The notes under the pieces: generated by a model
Seen by the model: the letters and a program-made list of their open reading frames with translations, nothing else
Told to the model about the DNA's origin: nothing
Databases searched by the model: none
Program-made: the position numbers and the translations under genes
In this document: positions 13,681-26,779 of the stretch, piece after piece
Layout of the letters: each line of letters opens with the position of its first letter
How positions within the stretch are numbered: the first letter of the stretch is position 1
DNA from: Octopus sinensis
Taxonomy: Eukaryota
Length of the DNA stretch: 64,000 nt
NCBI RefSeq assembly: GCF_006345805.1
Contig: NC_043006.1
Location: 5,332,001-5,396,000 of the forward strand
Direction of reading: 5' to 3'

Positions 13681-14100
13681 TTTACTCTTTACTCTTTTAC
13701 TCTTTTACTTGTTTCAGTCATTTGACTGCGGCCATGCTGGAGCACCGCCTTTAGTCGAGCAACTCGACCCCGGGACTTATTCTTTTGTAAGCCCAGTACT
13801 TATTCTATCGGTCTCTTTTGCCGAACCGCTAAGTGACGGGGACGTAAACACACCAGCATCGGTTGTCAAGCAATGCTAGGGGGACAAACACAGACACACA
13901 AACATACACGCACACACACACATATATATATACATATATACGGCGGGCTTCTTTCAGTTTCCGTTTACCAAATCCCCTCAAAAGGCATTGGTCGGCCCGG
14001 GGCTATAGCAGAAGACACTTGCCCAAGATGCCACGCAGTGGGACTGAACCCGGAACCATGTGGTTGGTTAGCAAGCTACTTACCACACAGCCACTCCTGC
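13681..14100 (-). mobile_element. Full-length SINE family B (tRNA head, CORE-like segment, internal microsatellite, 3' stem-loops, (GTAAAAGA)n-like tail)
   Basis: Head gcaggagtggctgtgtggtaag; B-box ggttcagtccc; CORE-like gcatcttgggcaagtgtcttc; tail gactgaaacaagtaaaagagtaaaagag. Confidence 0.9.
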
Positions 14101-14489
14101 ATATATATATATACATGTTTACGTGGTGTTCTAGAATGGCTGCAGTAAAATGACTGAGACAAGTAAAAGAATATAACAATATACATACAAGACGATAGAA
14201 AAATTATTATGAACGCTAGGAAGACGAGCTTATGAAGGACACAGTATAAGCACGTTTAGTCTTTCCGAAGGTTGTGGGTAGAAAGGTAGATTCTCCTTCG
14301 TCACGTGTCATCGACGAGAGAGTCGAGGAGGAGGAGTGAGAGGGAGGGAACGGTGAAGATGAGAGGAGAGGAATAGGGAAGGGTAGGAGAGAAAACCAGA
14401 AAGTATGAAGAACAAGAGAGGGAGAGAGAGAGAGAGAGAAGCGATAGTAGAGATAGAGGAGTGTGCATCGTAATTATTAAGATAAAACT

Positions 14490-14830
14490 TACTTGGAAAA
14501 GGATGCGTGGCGTTCGATCATATTATAAAATGAATAATATATAAATATATGAATATATACATATATATGTACATACCTACATATATATGTATATATACAT
14601 GTATATATGGGTACAGGACATCAGAAGAAAAAAACGTTGAACACAACGAGAAATGAAAACATAAAAACAAAAACATAGAAACGAACTTTTTTCGAACAAC
14701 GAAAAAAATAGAGAAACGAGACATACAACATAAAGAATACTCCCCTTCTTCAGTTGTCTCTCTTTCATCTATTCCGCGTTATGAAGGCAAGGACAAGACA
14801 CGACTTCATTGAAACAGTCCTACCCGCAAA
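14490..14830. repeat. Interspersed repeat, probably a PLE terminal segment; second copy at 38700-39045 and an inverted fragment at 3640-3700
   Basis: Shared ggatgcgtgg(c/t)...gggtacaggacatca...gaaacagtcc. Class is inferred only. Confidence 0.6.
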
Positions 14831-14845
14831 GCAGCTTTATATATA

Positions 14846-14894
<49 letters not shown>

Positions 14895-15169
14895 TATAAA
14901 TTTAAAATAATAAGGGTCAATATTAATATTAATATTAATTGAATATTAATCTGATTAATCTGATTAATCTGATTAATATCTGATATTAATCTGATTAATA
15001 TCAATTGAAAACCAGTGGTCTAGCATATTAATATCTGAAGATTCAGACAAATTATATTACATGCAATATAAGTGAAATGACCACTACGTGGACATCCATT
15101 ATGCTATAAGTAGATCCGCTATGGTCTTACCACCAAGAATGCAATGTTCTCAAGAAAATTTTCTTGATA

Positions 15170-15463
15170 ACATTCCTTTCGTAGTGAGTTGAGCGAGAGA
15201 CCAACAAAACTCCTTGTAAAACCAAAAATGAATTAAAGGCAAGGATTATGGCAGCATTCACTAACTTAAAGAAGGAGACCGCCCAGAAGAGTTGCAAGAG
15301 ATTCCGAAGACCTATGGAGGCCGTGGATGAAGTCAATGGCGATTTTATTGAATAAATTTTCTCTTTAGTATTTCAAGGTATTTTAAAGTAATTTTGGTAA
15401 ATATATCTGTTAAAATGAGACGTCAGTGTTATTTTCATTTTTGCGTAATTTAGACGCTCACTG

Positions 15464-15467
<4 letters not shown>
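15170..15467 (+). mobile_element. Tc1/mariner (maT/DD37D-like) transposase C-terminus and 3' TIR
   Basis: ELKARIMAAFTNLKKETAQKSCKRFRRPMEAVDEVNGDFIE*, then a TIR-like end atttagacgctcactg|ta similar to 21810-21846. Confidence 0.6.
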
Positions 15468-15495
<28 letters not shown>

Positions 15496-15589
15496 TGTAT
15501 GTATGTATGTATGTATGTATGTATGTATATGCATGTATGGATGGATGGATGGATGGATGGATGCACGTATGTATGTATGTCAGTATTCA

Positions 15590-18140
15590 GTTATATTTCA
15601 AAATTTCTAGCCGGTAGTGAAAAACTTGGTTTCTAACCTAAATTCAAGGCTCCTTCATTGGAATTTCAACATCAACAATAGGGTTTTTTTGTTTATATGT
15701 ATGTATATGTGCAGATTTGTATGTTATGCTTTATCTATGTATTCTCATGCTCATATATATCTAAATGATAAACTTCTGGAAAGTTTTACAGATTTTTTCA
15801 GTTCCAATGATGGATTGGATCTGTAGTCTTCGAATTAGCTTTCTCCGTTCTGGTTTTCAGAAGCCTAATTTCTCAAGATTGGTATTTAGGCAGTGTGTTA
15901 CATAGCTTAGGGCTGAACTTGTAATCTGGATAGAGTAACTGCAGATTTCTCAATAGTTCAGCGTAGGTGTTCTCCTTTTCACTGATCTTCAGCTTTATGT
16001 TAACATCCACTGGGAGAGCTAATTTCCACAACTGTACACAGTTTATCTTCTCTATTCCAAATAATTATATCAGGTCTGTTGTGCTTACATTTTATTGATG
16101 TCTTCACTAGGACATTCCACCAGAACTCCTTGTTATTATGAGTGGCTATGGCTTCTACCGTACTGTGGGATCTTATTTCTTTGTTCTCGGGGTTATCCTT
16201 CCGACGGATTTCATTATAGAGTGTCCCAGCAACAACATTATGTCTCATCGGTAGATAAAGCCGTGAGGACATTTTCGGACAACTACTTATGATGTGGGTG
16301 ATATCTTCGGTGTTAACTCCCCAAAGTCTGCATCGGTTTTCACATCTTACTGCTTTTACTGCTTTTTCTGTCCCTTTTGTACACTAGGTGCTTGGTTGAT
16401 ATTTCCTGTTCCGGGATTGCAAACGCATACTCTTCAAAGTGGGAGGTAGTAATCCTGCTATTCGTCCATGATAAACTGCTTTGATGATCGATGTTACTAT
16501 CACCATGGAGCTTCCTACTAACATATCCATGCAGGCTCATCCTTTCATCTGATGATACGTTGCGGTAGAGTCGTGCGTCTTCTTTGCGCATGTATTCTAG
16601 GTTATCAGACAAAGAGTGTTGCTCAAGGAGCTGCATTCCAAGTCTTATAATGTTATCAGCCTCATGTATGCAAACTTGCTCAAGGGATGCACTTCGACAC
16701 TTGGTGGTTAAAAGATGTTGCTGAAGGGATATAATGCGACATTCAAAGGCATTTTGGATCGATGGTAAGCCTCTGCCGCCTTGTTTTTGTTTTTAGCTAA
16801 AGGCGGTCTACGTCACTGTTTATGTGGAAATTATGTGCGCTTGTTAGTATTTTCGGTTTTTTATATCAATGTCTTGGATCTCAACAAACGTCCAATGAAG
16901 CAGCCCAAATTCTGGAATGAGCGCTGGCACTGAAAACACACTGTGAGCCACTGTTTGATTGAATGTAGAGAGTTCTAAAGGTCCAAATTGTCTTTATTCG
17001 GCCGTAATACTCTTTAGCGACACTTGTTTTGTTACAGGTGATATGTTTTCATCCACCCCTAGATTCCTGTAACATTCCTCGTTATATATAGGGGAAACAG
17101 TCAAATCATTGGTGGGGATGTTACTAGTCTGGTTTATAGTTTCTCTACTTTTCATAACTATATAACAACATTTATCCTAACCAAACTCCAACCCTACATC
17201 TTTTGAGAATGTTGTAACTAGGTCAAGTCTGTTTCTCATCGCATGCATATTCTTTGCATAAAATTTCAAGTCATCCACAAAGAAACGTATGAACTTTGGT
17301 AATTCTGTTTCCTTGTGAACCAGTGAGATATTCTTCAGGCTTCCTTAACATGAATGACAAGGGGTTTACAGAAAATATAAACAACATCTCAGAGAGGCTG
17401 TTCCCTTAGAATATGCCTTGGTAATACTGTATTCTATCAGTGATAATGCAGTCATTCTTTGTGTTTAATTTCAAGATGGTGACCCACGATGAAGTCAGGT
17501 CAGCTACAGCTTTGACTATGCTCACTCGAACTTTGGCAAGTTGAAGGGGTTCTAGCATCCATGGATGGGGAGCAGAGCAGAGCCAAAGGCTTTCTTGTAA
17601 TGTAGTTACATTGAAACTAGGTTTCTCCTATGCTCTCGCACCTCTGACATCACAGTTTTGTTGACTAAAAATTGCTCGGTATATCCCCAGACTCCCTTCT
17701 TCCCAGCTGCTTGTTTTGTTGTGATGATGTTATTAGTTTCACAATGGTCCTGGAGCATGAGATTTAAACAGGCCGTATATATCTTATAAATTAAGTTCTG
17801 GTATGCAATTGGCCGGTAGTATTTTGCCATGTGGCTAGCTTTGCATTTGGAGATCAATTTCGTCTCTGCCAAAGCCAGCCAGTGTGGTATGCTACTGTTC
17901 CCAATGAGAGCTTGCTGGTACAGATTGATGAGAGATGGTCGGTAGAATCTTAGCTTCGTGTATCAATATCCAACAATCAAGTCTCTTCCAGGTGCTTTTC
18001 TATCCTGAAGTTTCTGAATCACCGTTGCAAGAGTTTCACCATCGATGATGTATGTCTTGAATGTAACGCAGGAGCAATATCTTCTTCGGATTTCTTCCAG
18101 CCGCTGAGCATCTTGGTTAAATTCCTTTTCTTTACTCCTG
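15590..18140 (-). mobile_element. R4/Dong-clade RLE-type non-LTR retrotransposon, 5'-truncated and degenerate
   Basis: RT motifs YRPIAYQNLIYK, GIF*GNSLS and FFVDDLKFYAKN; CCHC-region SSRLYLPMRHNVVA; RLE motif HNRPDIIIWNREDKLCTVVEIS. Confidence 0.82.
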
Positions 18141-18343
18141 ATTTCCCGATAGAATAAGTACCGGGCTTAAAAGAAAATAAGCAGTGGGGTCCATTGATTC
18201 GACTGAAAACTCTTCAATGCGGTACCAAAGCATGGCCTCAATCTAATAACTGAAACAAGTAAAGGATAAAAGAAAAAGAGAAAAAAATACGTGAATGTGA
18301 TTGAAGTTGTCAAATTTTGTTAAATATATTTTCTTTGTTTCAA

Positions 18344-18574
18344 GGCGGCGAGCTGGCAGAAACGTTAGCACGCCGGGCGAAATGCGTAACCGTATTTTAT
18401 CTGTCGTTACGTTCTGAGTTCAGATTCCGCCGAGGTCGACTTTGCCTTTCATCCTTTCGGGGTTGATAAATTGAGTACCAGTTACGGACTGGGGTCGATG
18501 TAATCAACTTAATCCGTCTGTCTGTCCTTGTTTGTCCTCTCTATGTTTAGTCCCTTGTGGGTAGTAAAGAAATA
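18344..18574 (+). mobile_element. Full-length SINE family A
   Basis: Complete head ggcggcgagctggcagaaacgttagc to aaagaaata. TSD-like atatattttctt(t/a)gtttc on both sides. Confidence 0.9.
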
Positions 18575-18999
18575 TATATTTTCTTAGTTTCTACTTGTTT
18601 TAGTCACTGGACTGCAGCCAAGCTGGAGCACTGCGTTGGATAGTTTAAACGGTGAAACTGAATCCGATAATTATTTTTACGTTTGGTGCTTATTCTATCA
18701 AAATCTTTTGACCGAACCGCTATGTAGGAGGACGTAAACAGATCAACACCGGTTCTCAAGAGGCGAGAGACCCAACAGAAAGACGCACACACAAATTATA
18801 CGAGCCGGCCATTGTTCCTCACTCAGTTCCGTCACCCAGTGACGAAGAAGGGGCCGTTGGTAACGTCATTGAGTTCAAACTCGGCATCGCTTCTCACTTG
18901 AGGATGTAATTAGAATCCCAGCAGGTGTTCGGCGTTGTCAAGCACCACACAGTTAATCTCAGCCTCCCATTCAATTGAGTTTTGCCCTCAAAACCAGAT

Positions 19000-19150
19000 C
19001 CCCCTCTCTTCTTTTCTCTCTTCTTTTCTTTCTTATTTTTTTTCCCACTTTTTACGCCATTCAACTTCCTTATTGTTATTTCTCTCACCATACTTTCTTT
19101 TCCTTCTCAGCGCGTTTTGCTAACGCGCTTTCTTTCTTTCTTTCTTTCCT

Positions 19151-19234
<84 letters not shown>

Positions 19235-19349
19235 CCTTTCTTTCTTTGTTAGTTTCCTTTTCCTTTTTTCTTTTTCACGCTTCCTTTCCTTTTTACTCTT
19301 TCTTTGCTCTTCTTTCTCCCTTCCTGCCTTCTTTCCTTCCTTCCTTCCT

Positions 19350-19381
<32 letters not shown>

Positions 19382-19800
19382 TTATTCATTCATTGTTTCA
19401 TTTGCTTTCCCTTTATCTCATTTTTTAAAGTCATTTCTATCTTTGTCCCATTTCCGTATTGTAATTTTCACGTACTTTCCCCTTCTTCTTTCTCCCTCCC
19501 CCTTTCTCTCCCCCTTTCTCTCATTTCCTGTTTTCTTTCCAGCCCTTTCCTCTCCTACTCTTCTTTGCATGCTTTATTTGCTTTCCCTCTCTCTCTCTCT
19601 ATCTAACATTCTCCCTCCCTTCAATTCTATCCGTAACCTCTCTCAACAAACGGTTCTCCCCCATAAGTATTTCTATTTTTTATTCTCTCCCTTTGCCTTC
19701 TCTATATCCCCCTTCTTTATACACATCTCTCTCTCTCCTTGTCGCATTTTCTCTCCTCTCTTTAAACTCCCCAATAATGTCACACATTTCAATCCGTAAG
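19000..19800. repeat. (CTTT)n and CT-rich low-complexity tract
   Basis: Directly visible. It explains the F/L/S-rich ORFs at 18975-19799. Confidence 0.9.
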
Positions 19801-20246
19801 CATATCTTGTGACAATTTCCATCCCCCAACACCCTATTTCTTGCTCTTATAGCTTGCCACTGATGCTACTTATGAATATTTGGTCAGCAGTAAAAAAGGA
19901 TAAATTCCAGTGATATAACCAATAGAAGACTATATCATTTCATGGAAGCAAAGCCTGGGAACAATCAGTGGATGTCGTAGACAAATGATATCCAAACATG
20001 GTCAATGCTTTTCGTTTCAACAGAAAATAAATTTGATATTCCTAAGTAATATATCAGTGTGGCATGCTTGTTTTTGTTATTGTTGTTATTAACTCTAGAC
20101 CAGCGCTCCACAACATTTTTTCACCTGTAGTACACTTATATTCCTTTCAAAATTCGGCGGCAAACTTGAACTAAAAGTATAAATATTTCGTTTTTGGATT
20201 TGGTTTGCAAGATTCTTTATATGAGTTCGTGTGTTGAAGCATATTC

Positions 20247-20455
20247 TGTTGTGTCTGGGGAGAGTCATTTTCTTTTTGTACCTTATAATGTAACACACTC
20301 ACCGATAAAATTTCCACTTAGAGAAGTAAAAAGAATTTTTAAAAAATTTAAAAAACAAAAAGTAAAAATAAAAAGAAGAAATAAGTGGAAATTTTACCGG
20401 TGAATGTGTTACATTATAAGACACAAAAAGAAAATGACTCTCCCCAGACACAACA
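20247..20455. repeat. Inverted repeat with 74-bp arms (20247-20320 and 20382-20455), probably a PLE terminus
   Basis: Arms match at about 95% by eye. A single further copy of the arm is at 40928-41000. Confidence 0.85.
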
Positions 20456-21439
20456 TAAAAGTATAAAGAAAAAAACTATATTCAGGTTACACTGCAGCGC
20501 ACCTAGTATCGTCTCGTGGCACACCAGCGGGCTGTGACATACCAGTTGCAGAGCATTGCTCTAGAAAAACCCTGGCGGAGCAGACTGATGATCAAGGCAT
20601 TCCAGCCCTGACAAATAAGACTAGGATCACATTGTCAAACATATTCATCTTTTCCTTCTTTCTTTTTGAAACAGATTTGTCTGCTGTTTCTAGAGCGAAC
20701 TTGTGGAGATTCCCTTATTGGTTCGATATAAAAGTACTGTCGACTGTATGTGATCAGTATAAACGACCGGTTTTACAGAGTGATTTTGTGCCCTTAACTC
20801 CTGATGGTGTTGAGATGGTGGCGAGAGCTTTCTCGAAGTCTGTATCCTCCATAGAGTGAAGCTCCAACCACTTGGCCAATTGTTAACTGTAGTCAGTAAT
20901 GATTTTCATTTTAAGGGAATTGGTCTTTTATTTTTTCGTTGTTGAAGCAATTGTGTGTTTGATGCCTTCATGCATGAACCTGATATTGCTAGTGAAAAAC
21001 ACAAGTTCAACAGAGGAGCTTAACTGCAACTAACAGTGGTCAACCCATTTTCTGGTTATCATCTCTGATAATTTCTTTCAAATTTGTTCAGAAAGTTCTT
21101 GTTTGGCTGATTTGAGTTTTTCTTTCATTTCATGATAGTTGATTCTTTGGTTTGTGTTGGGGGGTTCCATAGCTTGGAGGCTGGCTTCATACCAATCAAC
21201 ATTTCACCATTCTTTTTCGAAATGACTCGCTAGATCACTTGTGAGTCGTGAAACTAATACAGAATCATTTCACTTTGCCGGCAACTTGTAATAGTTGTCT
21301 AATAAATTCGTTAACCTCATTTTAAAACTGGCATTTCGTTTTCATGTTGTATCCGTTGTTATAGGTAGTATCAAAGATCACAAAAGTTGTCAGGTGTTGC
21401 AGTCTTCCATGATGATTATTGTTCTCTACGTGTGTGGTG

Positions 21440-21846
21440 GAGCACGTTAGAAACAAGTCAAAATCATGGTGTTTGGAGTGATCACTAGTGATGGCGACGT
21501 TATGCCTCCGTTCATCTTCCCACACGGCCTCAGACTCAACACGGAGGCACACATCAAGTGCCTGGAAGAAGTAATGCTGCTTTGGATCAAAAGGGTGGCT
21601 GCTGGAAGACTCTATATCTGGCAACAAGACTCTGCACCATGCCACACAAGCAGGCGAACCCAGTCATGGCTGTCAGATAATATTTCTGCGACCACATCAC
21701 CCCTAACATCTGGCCACCTATCTCCACAGACTGCACCCTACACCAGGTTATTATGTGTGGGGGGCAGTTGAGCGAGATACCAAAGATTGAGATGCCAGTG
21801 TTATTTTCATATTTGAGTAATTTAGACGACAGTTTTTTCATCCTGT
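21440..21846 (+). mobile_element. Tc1/mariner (maT/DD37D-like) transposase fragment with 3' TIR
   Basis: MVFGVITSDGDVMPPFIFPHGLRLNTE...WQQDSAPCHTS, ending ...catcctg|ta. Confidence 0.8.
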
Positions 21847-22032
21847 ATATATATATATATATATAAATTGAGATAGGGGTTGTGAGTGTAACCCACCAAG
21901 GGACAACATATATCCAATATACTGCTAGTAAAGCATCCAACAAAGCTAATACATAAATGTTAAGAATTGCGATGCAATTAATTCATTTATTGTATTATAT
22001 GGGCAAAGGTAAAATGTTTTACCACAAATTAA

Positions 22033-22576
22033 TAATACAAAATAAGAAAATGGAGAAATACACCTTAATCAATAATCAACTACCAGATAATACCCAATCA
22101 CATAATTTATTAACCAACTACATATGAACATCAAGGTCAAACATAATAGTACAGAACAAAACAATGCACATCAATGAGTAATATGATACAATAAGTACAA
22201 TATGTATAAGTGACTATAAATAAATAAATATAAATATAAATATAAACTACATCTTACAGCTGTTTCAGTCATGTAGATATGGGTATCTCATTATGCTCAT
22301 ATTAGCCAGGTGTGATAAGTTAATATGTGGTTATAAATGAGACACTTACAAAAATATCCCAAGGCCTCTACAGAGATTATAAAGTACAATCTAATTCACT
22401 TATACATATTGTACTTATTGTATCATATTACTCATTGATGTGCATTGTTTTGTTCTGTATTATTATGTTTGACCTTGATGTTCATATGTAGTGGGTTAAC
22501 AAATTATGTGATTGGGTATTATCTGGTAGTTGATTATTGATTAAGGTGTATTTCTCCATTTTCTTATTTTGTATTA
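22033..22576. repeat. Foldback element with 181-bp arms (22033-22213 and 22396-22576), PLE pLTR-like
   Basis: About 3 mismatches between the arms. The spacer contains a hammerhead-like fold. Confidence 0.9.
22250..22377 (-). ncRNA. Degenerate type-I hammerhead ribozyme
   Basis: atct-CTGTAGA-ggcc...gact-GAAA-CAGCTG-TA^agat. Stem I 4 bp, palindromic stem III ACAGCUGU. The core has A6U and stem II has a mismatch. Confidence 0.45.
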
Positions 22577-22589
22577 TATATATATATAT

Positions 22590-23039
22590 GTTAGTTAGTT
22601 AGTTAGTTAGTTAATTTGGCTCAAAAGCAAATAGCAAGGCCATGTAGGGGGACATGGAGTTAAGTACAGGGTGGTGTTCATGTAAAGAGTTCAGGCCACT
22701 TGAGGTCCAGGGAGGCTTTGAACAAAGCGGTCGTCGGCATCTTCACCATCTCGTCTGGCAGCTTGTTCCACGGATCCGCAACCCGGACGGAGAAAGCTCC
22801 TCTCCTTCGATTGAGATGAAATCGTCGCAGGTAGAGCTTTTCGGAATGGACGCACTGGGCCGAAGGCGAAAAGGAGGGATCCACCAAGATACCCAGGTCC
22901 TTTACCTGATCGGTCCTCTCCAGCAGCAGACGACCCGGCTCGAAATCAAGTTGAGTTGCAGGAGTAGAGCCGACAGGCAGATGACAGCACTTTGACACGT
23001 TCAGACACAGGTCCCAATCGTTAGACCACTTCCAAATTT
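22590..23039 (-). mobile_element. CR1 LINE 3' fragment with an internal deletion and (AACT)n tail
   Basis: WSNDWDLCLNVSKC...VKDLGILVD...FSVRVADPWNKLP...FKASLD. The same tail recurs at 40220-40265. Confidence 0.85.
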
Positions 23040-23270
23040 GGCGGCGAGCTGGCAGAAACGTTAGCACGCCGGGCGAAATGCGTAGTTGTATTTCGTCTGT
23101 CGTCACGTTCCGAGTTCAAATTCCGCCGAGGTCGACTTTGCCTTTCATCCTTTCGGGGTCGATAAATTAAGTACCAGTTACACACTGGGGTCGATATAAT
23201 CGACTTAATCCGTTCGTCTGTCCTTGTTTGTCCCGTCTGTGTTTAGCCCCTTGTGGGTAGTAAAGAAATA
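23040..23270 (+). mobile_element. Full-length SINE family A
   Basis: Near-identical to 18344-18574. Confidence 0.9.
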
Positions 23271-23326
23271 TATATATATACACACACATACACACACACA
23301 CATACATACATACACACATACATACA

Positions 23327-23360
<34 letters not shown>

Positions 23361-23370
23361 CATTCGTACA

Positions 23371-23404
<34 letters not shown>

Positions 23405-23426
23405 CATACATACATACATACATACA

Positions 23427-23462
<36 letters not shown>

Positions 23463-23588
23463 TACATACATACATACATACATAAATACATACATAAATA
23501 CATACATACATACATAAATACATACATATATACATACATACACACATACATACATACATACATACGTACATACATATATATACATACA

Positions 23589-23622
<34 letters not shown>

Positions 23623-23669
23623 CATATACACACACACACACGCGCACACACACACATACATATATATAT

Positions 23670-23895
23670 CATGTGTTTGTGTGTTTGTATCTTTGTGTCT
23701 GCGTTGGTTTCCCAACCATAGCATGACAACCAATGTTAGTGTTTTTACGTCCTTGTAACCTAGTGGTTCAGCAAAAGAGATTGATAGAATAAGTACTAGA
23801 CTTACAAAGAGTAAATCCTGGGGTCGATTTCTTCGGCTAAAAATCCCTTTAAGTCGGTGCTCCAGCATGGCCGCAGTCAAATGACTGAAACAAGT
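23670..23895 (+). mobile_element. SINE family B 3' half, preceded by ~400 bp of (TACA)n
   Basis: Matches the 3' half of 13681-14100, including the cagtc-aaat-gactg stem-loop. Confidence 0.8.
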
Positions 23896-23907
23896 ATCAG
23901 CGTAACA

Positions 23908-23960
<53 letters not shown>

Positions 23961-24719
23961 GTAGAAAAATACAACATGGACAAGAACGTATAACTCATAG
24001 AAGACGATACAATAAACATGGACAGGACATTCGAACCCCTCAGTCTTCAGTCAAGAACCGGATCATCGTAGTAATTTCGGCTGATATGTGTGTGTGTGTG
24101 TGTGTATGTTTACCCATGTGTGTGTGTTTTATGTATATGTATGTATATAAATACATAACTTCATACACACACACAAACACGCCCCCACACAAACAAATAC
24201 ACAGATACAGTCAGACACACACACGTATACATGCTTCAAAGAAGCTTCAAAACTTATGGCCAGTTTTAACAATACACATACATTCAATTAAATCGATAAT
24301 AACATTTTATTTGTTCATGGTGGGGCACATTTAATTTTTGAATAGATTTACTTTTTTGAAATCGATTGAAGTAGTGCGTATTGCGAAAAATGTCGAGAAA
24401 AACTGTAATAGGTGATCAATAATAAAAATCCAGTTGTAATTGTACCAGTTGATGTGGTTACTAAACAGCACAGTTCGAACATCGATAGATTTCAGATTTA
24501 ACTGTTAAGTTTTTGTTAGAGATTCTAGTAAATGGGAAAGAAGCAGAAATTAATGTAGATGAGTGTAGAGAATGTGTGTAGTTATGCCGATGAGTGGGGC
24601 ATGGCAGGAAGATAGTGGAGGGAGATATTACAAACGCAGAAAAAAGAAGTGAAAGAGAATATCGAATAAAATATCGAAAGATAATAGACAACGAAACAGA
24701 TTACGAGAAGAGAGAGGGA

Positions 24720-24961
24720 CAGAAAGAGAGAGAGAGAAGGAGAGGAGAGAAGGGGAGGAGAGGGAGAAGGTGAGAGTGAGTGTGTGTGTGTGAAAGAGAG
24801 AGAGAGAGAGAGGGAGATAAGGAGATAAGGAAAGAAGAGAAGGGGAGGAGAGAGAGGGTGAGAGTGAGTGTGTGTGTGTGTGTGAGAGAGAGAGAAAGAG
24901 AGGGAGATAAGGAGAGAAAGAAGAGAAGGGTAGAAGGAGAGAGAAAGTGAGAGTGAGTATC

Positions 24962-24995
<34 letters not shown>

Positions 24996-25080
24996 GAAGA
25001 GAGGGAGCTAAGGAGAGAAGGAGAGAAGAAAAGGGGAGGAGAGAGAGGGTGAGAGTGTGTGTGAGAGAGAGAGAGAAAGA
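24720..25080. repeat. GA/GT compound minisatellite, about four units of ~85 bp
   Basis: Recurring aggggaggagagagagggtgagagtgagtgtg...gagagggagataagg block. Confidence 0.75.
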
Positions 25081-26779
25081 AAGAGAGGAAAACGAGTGTA
25101 AATTTGAAAAGATTAGATTCATTGAGAGGGAGAACAGTGAGTGACCTAACAAAGCAGAGATGTGGGCCAGGGCAATAGAACGTGAGGAAGAGGAGGCGAG
25201 GGAGAAAACGAGGGAGTAAGTTTATGAGTAAAGCAATGGTGAATGGCGGCGAGATGCATAAAGTCTACAGCAACATAACAAAAGAAGCGATGGACGTGAT
25301 TTACTGAATGAGCGGGTCACATGCAAAGTATATCTGAGGAAAGGAATAATGAATGAGAGAGGGTGAATCTTCACACTTTCTCCGCGGATTACAATGGATG
25401 TATTTTCGATTAAAACCCCCGAATGAGGGTGAATGAAATTCGAAAAGATTACTTGGTGAAATTGAACGGAAAACAGGGTCGCGTGTCGAAGTACTGTTGA
25501 TTGTTTTGTTAATATTCGGTTTAAAAGCACACGAAAAGGAGAGAGGGAATAATTAAGATATATATTTGCGATGATTACCGGCATTAGTATGAAGTTAGTC
25601 TGAGCAGACGACAGCCCAGAGCGAAGCGAAATCATGAAGTGTAGTTTGAAACTGAAGATTATAAATTTTGAGTGGAAGGTTAAATGTTTGGTGAATTACA
25701 TTGGAGTTATTAGAGACTAAAAGACATTATCAAGTGATTTATGTTGCCACAGAAAAGAAGTAAATGAGAAGTCATGAGCTTCTCGTGATTTCTTGACAAG
25801 CACGAGATTTACGAAAGCTTTATCTTTCGAGAGCTCCTGAAGTTGTTTTATAAGTAGATAAGTGAATTGACACAAGAACGGAGCCATTCACAAGCTCTAG
25901 TTACCGTCACAAAATTAATATTTCCTTTTTCACACGTTGCAATGTGCTCACTATTTATTCAAAATCAATAGATTTTGACAGAACGTATAATAAAGAGAAA
26001 CAATTGCAATAACTGGGGCTAAATGGAGTTAAGGAGTTAATGTGAAAATGGGGTATTGGAACGCGGGTCACGTGAAAAGACACCATAGAGTTCGCGTAAA
26101 AAAAATAACCTATGGAAAATAGCTGGTGGCAGACCAGTCATCAGTTATTAAATAAGTTATTATATGAGCGAAGTATTGAAGAGGAAGTCAAGAGAACAAG
26201 AGAACTACTAATAAATGGAAAGGGATGATGGCATAAACTGAATAATTTCTCAGCCAGAAAAATCTCTGGAATTACCACTGGACAGAAATAAAAATACTAG
26301 CACTTGCTTCTTATTGACCTTTAAAATATGCGAATATTCAGAGACTTGAGACAGTCAGAGGCAACTGATGTAAGATGGTACGTATTGCTCTATTTATCGA
26401 TATAAGTTGCTTTGGCCGAAAACTTCTTAAAGAGTTGATAGGAAGATATATCATTTCAACGGGACTTACGTGAAATAATAGCACAGAGTTCGTTGATTGA
26501 AAAGTGTTAACAAAAGATGGCATGACTTCATCTGACAGCCATTGGCATTACTGCACATACTGGCAACCAACGACTGAAGATTGTTGGTTGTTCTGCTTAC
26601 ACAGAATCTCTTATAAATTGTGACTATATCCCTGGTGACGTGATATACATATGTACAGCTAAAGCTACAGCCCAATTTTCTGTACTATTTGGTTGAAAAG
26701 AAACTTATGTAGAATTTCGGACATGATCAGTTTCAGAGCACTTTTTGAACAAAGTTTTACATTCCATTTTTTATCCTTT

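Noticed and set aside
18800-18990. GC-richer stretch that looked like a coding exon
   Set aside because: No recognisable protein or splice-site pair in any frame.
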